Below are positions 10,971 to 20,646 of a stretch of DNA of 64,000 nucleotides, one piece after another. The notes under the pieces are model-generated. The model made no database searches, was not told the DNA's origin, and saw nothing but the letters and a program-made list of their open reading frames with translations. Made by a program: the position numbers and the translations under genes. Numbering within the stretch: the first letter of the stretch is position 1; each line of letters begins with the position of its first letter. Origin of the DNA: Leidyana gryllorum EB-2025a (taxonomy: Eukaryota; Protista; Apicomplexa); NCBI GenBank assembly GCA_048772705.1, contig JBLWGC010000230.1, forward strand, positions 868,001-932,000, written 5' to 3'.

Positions 10971-12764
10971 TCAGACTTCCATAACACAGATCACGACACT
11001 TCTGGCACTGACAGCAGCGCAATCGCCCTCTCTGCAGTATACAGTAACTCCGTCGTTATTGCGACACACAAATGCGGGTCCAGAGACAGTTGTGCTCAAA
11101 ATCGCGCGTTTTAAGTCAGATCCGCCGGTGCGCACGAGTTGATTTGGCACATGTAGGATGCCGCCAATGGCGGTCTCGGGTAGCGGAGCGTTCAGTTGCA
11201 CAGTAACAACCCCTTCAGTCACTCCCAATTTGGCGACACACACGTGTGGGGCTTGTACGACGACCGAGGTCATGATTGGTAATACTAGTGGGCTGCGCAA
11301 CAGCCTGGTGGGGACCGGTAGGGCGCTCCGTTGGGCGTATTTGTTGTAGGAGACATTGGTGAACTCATCCAGGAAACTCTGTGGGTCGCCTGGGCGAAAG
11401 TGAGGGAGGTATATCTGTTCTCGATTTACACCGCCATCATGACTAGCGGCGTTGGCGGCCAGGATCTGAGTGGGAGCTTCGTATCGAAAGGAAGGGAGAG
11501 CAGCAAGGGCGGTTGAAGCGGGGCATATATCAGCGAGTTGCAGATGCAGACTAGTGTCGCCGACTGAGAGTACCAGGTCGACTTCTAGCAATTGTACCAA
11601 TCTCGCAATCACAGAAGCAGGTAGATTAGTTGGGCAATCGATGAGGCTTCCGCTGGCCTTGAACATGTTTCCTCCTTCGCCGCGCATGAATTTGGTCTCG
11701 ACCGCCGCTTTGAGTGTTTCAACTCCGTGTACTAGCAAAGGGCAGGTCTCTTGAGTCATCTCGCTGCAGCCGATCCACACCCCGATACAATCCTCCTGAG
11801 ACGCACTGCTCCCAGCGCCAGGGGTGTTGCCAGTAGCATCTTCAGCGGTGGGCATCATTGGACGGCACAAGCGTTCCCAGCTGGACAACGAAGCACATGT
11901 AGTGAACTGATTGGCGGCCTCTTGCTCATCCGCTTCGAATTGTTTCCGTGCCGCAGCGCTGTCACCGGGACCCCCTGTACCAATATCCTCCCCGCTTCCG
12001 ATTGCTTCGCGTCTTGCTAAGCCTCCCATCAGCGAAAGGGCCTTTTGGCGCGCTTCCGACTGCAAACCCCCTTGACGTCTACGGCGCCCCCTTGAGGCTG
12101 GAGATGTGGCTGTGAAGCCAGCCCCAGCATCATTCGAAAGGCACCAATCACGTAGCAGTTCGAGTCGCTCGGCCGAGTTGGCTACTTCGACACGTTGGAG
12201 GAGTGTTTCCAATACTTGTGGATTTTCAAGTCGGTCCGGGATTTCGGCTGTAATGATCCCCGCTAACCCGTTAACCCCCATCAAACACGAATTTACACTC
12301 GGGTCCAATTTGTAGATAACTGGGTGCCAACCAGATCTTTGAGAGTACGCGGCTATTGTGTGGCACATTGCAGTCTTTCCAGCTCGGGCGGCACCGACGA
12401 TCATCACATTCGGCCCCCTCTCCTCTCGCCCGGAGAAGACACCGAACCGAATAAGATTCAAACTTGTGGTTAAGTTGACCATTTGAGTCATCAGATGTCT
12501 ATTCCGCTGGGTTTGTTCCACTCTCTCGGGCAAACCAAAGGCGTCCAACTCTCCGCCAGTCAACGAACTGATGCTTGTCATACTATGGGGCAGAATCACA
12601 TAGGTCTCCCCTGGGAGCAGAGGCTCCCCGAATACTTGTGCAGACGACACCGACCCATCCGAGACCTCCTTGTCACGCAAAGCTATGATAACAGGGTCCG
12701 CAGCAGTGGCCAATTGCAGCTCGTCAAACGGCTTCAAGATCACCAAACCGCGTTGGTGACTCAT
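10971..12764 (-). CDS. CLP1: Clp1-family polyribonucleotide 5'-OH kinase / pre-mRNA cleavage factor, intronless, with a large insertion
   Basis: Clp1-like N-terminal domain (AQVFGEPL), GPNVMIVGAARAGKT P-loop followed by SGWHPVIYKLDP, ASGSLIDCP, VDLVLSVG, and C-terminal VTVQLNAPLP. Confidence 0.75.
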   Translation of the reverse strand: MSHQRGLVILKPFDELQLATAADPVIIALRDKEVSDGSVSSAQVFGEPLLPGETYVILPHSMTSISSLTGGELDAFGLPERVEQTQRNRHLMTQMVNLTTSLNLIRFGVFSGREERGPNVMIVGAARAGKTAMCHTIAAYSQRSGWHPVIYKLDPSVNSCLMGVNGLAGIITAEIPDRLENPQVLETLLQRVEVANSAERLELLRDWCLSNDAGAGFTATSPASRGRRRRQGGLQSEARQKALSLMGGLARREAIGSGEDIGTGGPGDSAAARKQFEADEQEAANQFTTCASLSSWERLCRPMMPTAEDATGNTPGAGSSASQEDCIGVWIGCSEMTQETCPLLVHGVETLKAAVETKFMRGEGGNMFKASGSLIDCPTNLPASVIARLVQLLEVDLVLSVGDTSLHLQLADICPASTALAALPSFRYEAPTQILAANAASHDGGVNREQIYLPHFRPGDPQSFLDEFTNVSYNKYAQRSALPVPTRLLRSPLVLPIMTSVVVQAPHVCVAKLGVTEGVVTVQLNAPLPETAIGGILHVPNQLVRTGGSDLKRAILSTTVSGPAFVCRNNDGVTVYCREGDCAAVSARSVVICVMEV

Positions 12765-12785
12765 ATTTCATTTTTATTACACTTT

Positions 12786-13418
12786 TTAAGACACTTTAAG
12801 CACACCTAACACCCGCTCGCAAAATATCCTACCCTTCGTACTCCACCAAGTCACACTTCCTGGCGAACCCCAAGTCTTCCGACAGGTTACACTCAGCCCG
12901 AACAGAAAACCCGACGTGGCCAACGGGTCACTCAAATTACCCAATTGCCATTTCCTCCCATCGTCAAACTCGACCTCCACAAATATACCCTCCGGGGTGG
13001 GAACTTGCTGAGCCACCGACAATGCCACTGTCTTTCCCCACCAATCCGTCAATGAAACTCGCTTCACAGTTCTTAGCTTCTCAGCCAACGGCGGTATCTT
13101 GTGCCCCTCAGGGATGAACAAGACCAGATTATAGGTTAAGACCAGTCGTCCAACCAGACCACCGCGAAATGTGCAACTGTAGAATTGTAAAGGCTCTTCT
13201 CGGAATGGGGCGACCTCCAGCTCGCGCCAGAAACGAGTATAAGCTGAATGATTACCACCTTTCGTCAGCTGTATGGGCTTCTCACAACCCAATCCTTCGA
13301 GCGCCTCATCCAACACATCACTCAGTACCTCTCGACCCAAACAAGGACACAGTAGAGACGTGAAGGCTCGGCTACAGACAGCTGAGCTCACCCGACAAAA
13401 AGCCAAAAAATTCTCCAT
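12786..13418 (-). CDS. Hypothetical protein, possible GRAM/PH-like fold
   Basis: Open frame with FYSCTFRGGLVGRLVLTYNLVLF, resembling the GRAM core. ATG at 13418 is the last Met in the frame. Confidence 0.5.
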   Translation of the reverse strand: MENFLAFCRVSSAVCSRAFTSLLCPCLGREVLSDVLDEALEGLGCEKPIQLTKGGNHSAYTRFWRELEVAPFREEPLQFYSCTFRGGLVGRLVLTYNLVLFIPEGHKIPPLAEKLRTVKRVSLTDWWGKTVALSVAQQVPTPEGIFVEVEFDDGRKWQLGNLSDPLATSGFLFGLSVTCRKTWGSPGSVTWWSTKGRIFCERVLGVLKVS

Positions 13419-13423
13419 CAAAC

Positions 13424-14541
13424 ATGTATACCTCAAGGTTAGCCTATATCCTAACCGCTCCCACACCATATTCACACTTAACACAGGAACGAATATGATC
13501 ATGATGTGAACTCATTTTCTCCAGAAGGTCGCCTCTTCCAAGTTGAGTATGCCCTCGGCGCTGTTAAGGTTAGTGTTGCGTCGCAACTACATCTACCGCT
13601 CTCCAACTTTTCAGTTAGGAGCAACTGCTATAGGAATCAGAACAAATGAAGGCGTCGTCCTCGCTACCGAAAAGAGATCGCCCTCAGCTCTGATGGAAGA
13701 AACCGAAGACCTTCAGAAGATCGTCGAGATCGACAAACACATCGCTTGTGCTAGTGCCGGTATTATTGCCGATGCGCGAACCCTCGTCAATCATGCCCGT
13801 GTTGAAGCCCTCAACCACTGGTTCACCTACGACGAGCCGATGCCCGTCGAGTCCTGCGTGAACAGTATTGCGCAACTGGCATTGAGCTTCTCTGGTAAGT
13901 GTTCAACTCGCACAATTTGATGAAAAGCCGTCTCCTCACCGGCGCCGCACACGTGTGTTCGCTACGGTTTGAAGAGCTCACGAAGGCATGGACTCCATTC
14001 ATGAATTCTCCCATCAGGTGTCCGGGCAGCTGGTCAGAAGAAATTGATGTCCCGGCCGTTCGGGGTCTCTCTACTGGTCGGAGGTGTGGACCAGGAAACT
14101 GGTCCTACATTATGGTGTACAGATCCCTCGGGGACGAATGTCAAATATAAGGCCGCATCCATCGGTTGCGCGCACGAGGGTGCTGATGCTGCCCTCCAGG
14201 AGCGGTATAAAGCCGACATGAGCCTAGCCGACGCCCAAGCTCTGGCTCTGCTGGTACTGCGACAAGTCATGGAGGAGAAGCTCAAACCCTCGACCGTGGA
14301 ATTGGCAGTGATCAAGGCGGATCGGCCAGTGTAAGTAATTCGTTGACGGTGAACGTGTATGTGGAATTTGGCGAAGGCATGTTGATGTACATCAGATTTA
14401 ATGTCGTGCATGGAAAGGGATTGTTCATGGTTCTATTGGGTCAGGCTACATCACTGTACCACTGACGAGGTTGATCTGATCATCCAAGGGTTGCCGGAGC
14501 CTGCGGAATGGGAGAATATGCAGCATGGCACTCAAGCCTAG
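13424..14541 (+). CDS. PSMA5: 20S proteasome subunit alpha type-5, multi-exon
   Basis: MYTSR|[71 protein letters not shown]; stop TAG 14539-14541. Confidence 0.96.
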
Positions 14542-15008
14542 TCTTTCTTCTTAGTTTGGTCCATTTTGACAGCCAATGCTCGGGATAGATGCGAACATAA
14601 GTGGTTGTGTACAACCAAGCTCTGGTTTTCAAGCTCAGTCAGCTCCATGACGAGGCGTCCAACGAGGATCTCGAGAGACGCCAACACCTCTTGACCGTTG
14701 GCAGTAATGTTGGGTCGCAGTTTCTCTATCTCCTTGTGAATAGCTTTGTCAAGGTCGTTGGCACCACTGGCCGACCGATAGGGGGTTGAGAGGCCAGCAA
14801 TGACCTCCTTATATTCTTCTTGGGACGCTTCGTGAGCGGCTAGTAGTCGCAAAGCTGGCAGCAGGGTCTTGAGGCTCATTGATGGAGCGAGTTGGGTGGT
14901 GTGAGACCGCGCATGGCCGGCGGTGAGGAAAGCCATGGCCTTGTTGTAGTAACGTTCAGGGTCTGTTCGGCCTATGGCCTCTGCTCGGGCCAGAAGGTCA
15001 AGGTTCAT
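14538..15008 (-). CDS. Orphan helical protein, 156 aa, intronless
   Basis: ORF MNLDLLARAEAIG...KKKD* with an AAA-ATG context and helical/coiled-coil composition; exactly fills the gap between UBLCP1 and PSMA5. Confidence 0.65.
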   Translation of the reverse strand: MNLDLLARAEAIGRTDPERYYNKAMAFLTAGHARSHTTQLAPSMSLKTLLPALRLLAAHEASQEEYKEVIAGLSTPYRSASGANDLDKAIHKEIEKLRPNITANGQEVLASLEILVGRLVMELTELENQSLVVHNHLCSHLSRALAVKMDQTKKKD

Positions 15009-16412
15009 TTTCGAACTTTTTTCTTCCAAGCGGAGTGATCCAAAAGGCAAACATCCTCCAATGGAGCTACACAACGCATGAGATACTCCCCCAACCCCAG
15101 CAATTCTCGATCGGTGACTCGCTGATCCACCGTGTACGGCGACACTCGTACACCATTCGCCGGATTGAGTATAAAGTTACGAGGCAGGTCATCGATTTGG
15201 AGACTGTTATGTGGGCCCCAACGCCCATTGCTCTTCTCCCAAATCAACAGCATCGCTTTCACTGCCGGCTCACTCCTCTTGGATGGCAATTTACAGTTAA
15301 TCATGCTCGATCTGAGGAGGACACTTGATGGGGGGGGGGCTCAAGACGTAGCTCGATACTCACTTATTCAAAGCAAATACGGGTCCAAATTCCGGATGGG
15401 CGAGCAGCCCCATCGAGGTCAGCTTCATTTCGACCCACTGCCAACGGGTTTGCGACCAGAAGGCTGTCACAGATTAGTGAGTGAAGTTAGAAGGGAGAAC
15501 TCGCTGAGCATTACCGAAATCATAGGCTGGCCACACCATCCGCAGGAACTCCATCAAATAAGGGCGGGCTAGCCACTCCATTGAATACCCTTGGGACGCT
15601 CCTACGAAAGATTAGTTAATGTAGAGCGATCACAGCATCTGATCGAGACATACCTCTGCAATCATAAATTGTATAGTCTATGTCTAGGACCAACAGCTTC
15701 TTGCCAGGTCGAGGCTGTCGTATGTAGCGCAAGTCGAGATTCTCCAAGGCCAGACGTAGACGCATTCTATTCACCGAACAGGATAAGCACTGTCCAGCGA
15801 GTTTCTGAGCCTCTATCGAGTTGTAGACCTCTGGGCTCATATCGAGATCTTCCTCCAGCGCCTTCTCCTCCTGTCGGTCTTGGGGTAGCTGTTCCGCTTC
15901 TGGGGTACCGACTAATATAAAGTCATTCGCAGTGAATTCGCATTGAGTCAAGTGGGTATCATCATCAGGCCGTCCACCAGTCTTCACTTTGATGCCGAGG
16001 AACTTCTGCAAGCCCAATACATGTTGTGACAATGTGGCAGGGGTGCTCGCGGGGGAAAAAGAGTGGGGGGAGCGGCGGCTGGCAACATTAGAAGTTCCAG
16101 AAACCGTCGACTCAGTGCCACGGCTCGCTGAAGGGGCGCGCAGAGTGGGGCCGAAGGGCCCAAAAGTCAGTTGAGGGGTGTTCCCACCCTCTCACCATGA
16201 CACGCGCGGTCGAGCAGCAGAGTTGCCCGCCCCGAAGTGGGTAGGAAGGAAAGGGTAGCCGGTCTTACCTGACGGTCAGCAGGAATGCAGAACTGCTCCT
16301 GTATGACCTGTTTGAGGTCACGAAGACTGCCGACCTGGTACTCGTCGGCAGTGAAGGGCAAAGGGTAGCCTTGACTCCGCCATCTGCAATTGAGCGTGAC
16401 TATTCCGTCCAT
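15005..16412 (-). CDS. UBLCP1: Ubiquitin-like domain-containing CTD phosphatase 1 (proteasome phosphatase), multi-exon
   Basis: N-terminal UBL (LRDLKQVIQEQFCIPADRQ|KFLG), PRPGKKLLVLDIDYTIYD (DxDxT), RPYLMEFL, WVEMKL, DDLPRNFILNP. Confidence 0.9.
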
Positions 16413-16436
16413 TTTTCTGACCATAAATCTCAATCA

Positions 16437-19400
16437 ATGAGACCCTCTCCTCCCAACTCCGCAGGTGTTCAGTCCAATGTTCCCGCCGCGTACAGTAGCC
16501 CAAACTTCCCCCCTCCCTCTGAGGAGTCCAACGCTCCCAGCAAGATGCAAGTCGATGCCCCAGACTTTGTCCCTGCACAGTGGCAACAGGCGCTTCCACA
16601 AGCACCACAGCAGCCCCAGCATCCGTGGCCCCTCCCTCACTTCACGCACGGTGGCTTCCAGCCCACCCTATATCAACACATGCCAGGTGACGAGCAGATG
16701 ATGTTCGGTCCAGGCGCCTATATGGCGCCCCACGAGCTCCATCCCTATCTGGACGAGCAAATGCGACAGCCGATGTGGCCCACAGCACATCACGCTATAA
16801 CTACTCTCACAACTACGAGCCCAGCTGAAGAAGAATGGACACGGACCACGCGCACGCGAAGCAGTCGTATGGCGGCTGATCTTCGGCCGGCCACACCCGA
16901 GCTATCACAGATACAGTTGCTGCAAATTGTCGTTGCCTGCAAGGAGAGTCTCGCTCTCGATCTTCAATTGGACTGGAAACAAACCTTCCTCGCGTACCTT
17001 GACAATGCTGCCCCACCCGACAAACTTCCTTCTCCGTTCCGACATTGTTTGGGTTACTTTATGCTCCCACCCCCCAAAATGCGATACATACATCCTTCCA
17101 TCACCGATGCGGCTTTATATGCTCTGCGCTGCCCCAAAGGTGAGTGCGAAGATCAGAGATCGGTCGTCGATTGTGCTGTGTTGAGTAGAAGATCGAGGAA
17201 CCCCGCCGACATTTGAGCTCACGACGACCCGTGCGCCTGGTTTTGAGAATGCCATTCGCAGCGACTGGCTCATACCCGTGGTTGCCTTCTTTTATTATGG
17301 CCTCCCGCCTCTGCGACTCCTAGTCGCCGGCCACGCTTGTAATGAAGCTTTGTGCTGGATTTGCGAACTGTCGTTCGTCTTTCGGGCGCTGGATGTCTGT
17401 CGGTGAGCCCCAGCTGGCTAGTGGGTCTGTGGTGTGACATCCCATCAGAGCCGAAGGTCGCGGCCAACCTATTCGCTTGGATAAATTCTGCGAGGCGTTG
17501 ATGCGAAGCGCCCCCACCACGCTCGGCTTGCAGACAGCTGAGAACAGTGAGGCTGACGCAGCGGACATGGTAATTTTACGTCCCCAAAATCGGTCTACTC
17601 AGTTCACTCCGATCAGTACACAAGATCGCTGCCTGGCGACAAGCCGCGACTGACCGCGCAAATCCGACGCTCCTGTGGAGCGCGTAGGAAGCTGCCGTGG
17701 CTTCGGTTGCGATCGGCACGCAACAATGACGATATGATACACAAGGCATCGCCTCATGACCGGCGTCGCGAACGAATAGCGCAAACAATTCGTAGAAATG
17801 AATCGGAGAGGAAGTGTGAACGCCAGCAACGCTTGGCCCGTAAGTCACGCCCAGCTATCTACTAAGCGCGAAAAATGCGCCTCGCTGTCTCCCTCCAGGT
17901 GCCAAGCTCCATTCCAAAGTCCATCTGGTGCTGAATTACTTCCTCCACGCGTTAGGAAATGTGCAAAGCACCCACGAGGATCTCTTCTGTATAAACATGG
18001 AAACTACGACCGAATGTCGTTTGGGCAGCTCTCTCCGACACAGAAGTGCTCCAGAAAGAGGCACTCACGTTCTCTATCAACACGCGGACGGCAATCGCAG
18101 CAGCAGTCTCAGCCGATCCTTGTCCGCTCGCGAAACCGTCAAGTCCACGCCCACGTATATCCTTGAACTTGACCACTCCATTTGGACACAGTAAGCCAAT
18201 CAACGCGTCCCCTGATTCACCCTATTCTAACTCAACCACAGATACAGAGAGCGGATCGTGACAGAGCCCGACTCCAATCCACCTGTTGAGCTGAGCTCGG
18301 GACCCGTGTCGACAGCAGAGAGCTTCATAGACAGTAGCCGCCCGTCGTCGCCTGCTATATCGTCGTCTGCTTCCTCAGCGTCGGACTCCCTCCCACGAAG
18401 TGTCGATGTTCCTCGCGTCACCCCCCGACCCAGCGAGATGAGGCCTTGGAAAATCTCCTTCGCTGACCTCTTGAGAGCCTCTCTGTGGCGAAGTTCAACC
18501 GTCCATATGACCTGTAAGCAGTGCGAGGCGGCAACGTCTCGTACTTCGCCACACGTCGTTTCTCATAGAGTGAAACAGGTTCGTATTTAACGGAACTCTG
18601 CACAGTGCATCCCTTCTCCCTATCAGATCTCTTCTCTGCCGGCAGTTCTGACCGTCAAAGTCAAACTGGCGAATGATCTCGAAGGCGGGGCGAAGGCTTT
18701 TGGACCACTGAGATTCTGGAGAGGCTTCAATCGACCGATCAGCGTTCCATGCGATCGAAAGGGTGTTGATGGCGGCTTGCGGAGTGTTTCCACCTTCTTT
18801 CCCAAGGGCACCCGTGGCAATCCTGACGACGACACCGATATGATGCGTCTCATCGCCAACCTTCTGAGACTCAAAGACAACCTTCGCAAACACCCGAACA
18901 GCACACGTACGAAAAGAGACCTGGAGGCACTTACTAGAGCTTTCAAAAGCATAATGGACTCCGAGATATCTCCGTTGCCAGGTAACTTCGACACGGAAAA
19001 TGTTCCCCTCTGAGCTCGGGACTTCTGACTCAGATCGGCTGCTGTTGAAGCTGCAAACGAGTAATCTTGCCACTGACCAGAATCCCTGGCGCGTCGTGGA
19101 AGCACATCGGGAGGATAGGGTCGCTTCTGACTGGCTGACTTATGATTTAATTGGGGTTCTGGTCTCAGTGAACCACATATACACTAGAAGAAGACGCCAC
19201 ATGCTGTTGCGGTTGTGGAAAGAAGACATATTGCCAAACCTGACGTCGGAGAACGGAAATGCAGTAAGTGACAGCCAGACTGCAACGAGATACTAACTAC
19301 AACCCATCGTGCCACTCACAACAGCTCACAGAAGAAGCATTGGAATCGGTGCTACAACGCTTAGAGGCTGAGGAAGTTGGTGTAGAGGCTCCGCCGGATG

Positions 19401-20541
19401 ATGATCAATTGGTTTGTTACATCCGGCAGGCGGGGGGAACATGGTTGATGATCAATGGTCCAGCCGTCTGCGAGGTATCCGAGCTCGAAGTCAGACAATT
19501 CTGTGTCCCTTGGAAGTATCCATGCGCACTGTTTTATGCGCAAACCTCCAAGATATGGTCTTCCCTCGGTCGGATGCCCCCACCACCGCCCCCTCTCCCC
19601 TCCACTGTCCACCTCTTCGCAGATGAGTCTGTCTCACAACTCCCATATGCCATGCGTCAACACCCAAGATTCCTGCCACTTTCGCCGGACGAAATTGCGC
19701 AGGTACAGGCTGGAGGATTCCTTGTTGCAATGGATGCAGAACACGTGGTCTTGGAACTGCTAAAGAAATCAAAAGCAGATCTGTTCCCCGGACACCCTTG
19801 CTTGGCTCTCGGCCGGTGAGCACTGATGCACGGAGAAGTACACACTTGATTATCAGAATGTCGTTGGTTCGAGCATACGGGGGACGTAATGACGGTCAGC
19901 CTTTTCTGGACCACTATGCACTTTTCAGAGACGAACCTTTCGACTACTGCACAGAGTAACTACACACGTGTGTGCTGCCTCATGCCATCGCCTTTGCCAG
20001 GTACTCGGGACTGTATCCTGGTGATCTGGACCTATCGGGCTCAACTCACTGGCTTGCGACTCAGAAACACATCTATCAAGTGATGCGATTTCTGGTGGAA
20101 AATCGATGTCGATTTATTGGGCACGATCTGTTTAACGATTTCCGGGTACTGGGGCTAATTGTACCTGCATCACAGATCATCGACACGGTGGAGATATTCC
20201 GAAAGTCGTTGAATTCACGTTTCTTGTCTCTCCGATTTGTGTGCTACCACGTGTTGCATCGCGAAGTGCAGCGTTACACACATGACTCAATTGAGGATGC
20301 GAGAGCTGCGCTGGCACTATATCGGTGAGGCACAAATCACTTCTGAGCACCTAAAGTGATCTTCCCCAGATACTATCTGCAATATGTGAATGAGCATTCG
20401 CAAGCTGATTTCCAGAACCAAGAAGTGGAACGACTGTACAATATTGGGTACCAGACGAACTTCAAGGTGCATATGCTTCCAAGTCCGTCGTCTGCTACTC
20501 CAACTGATCAGATGTTCGGCCATCCACCAGCCCCTTGTTAG
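16437..20541 (+). CDS. PAN2: PAN2-like poly(A) deadenylase (pseudo-UCH plus DEDDh nuclease; no WD40 seen), multi-exon
   Basis: GFENAIRSDW..HACNEALCWICELSFVFRAL (PAN2 pseudo-UCH start), WKYPCALFY, VAMDAEHV, YSGLYPGDLD, FIGHDLFNDFRV, IDTVEIF, SLRF, HDSIEDARAALALY. Confidence 0.88.
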
Positions 20542-20646
20542 TTAGAACAACACAACAGAAAATATACCAAAAGGAGATCTTGTTGTCTTCAAGAAGAATA
20601 AAAATGGCTCGGCAATCAAAGAATCGGCAAACAGGGAAAAATCAAA

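Noticed and set aside
17571-17954. Apparent long PAN2 intron hosting a snoRNA
   Set aside because: It contains an open internal exon (YTRSLPGDKP...QQRLA) bounded by normal splice sites.
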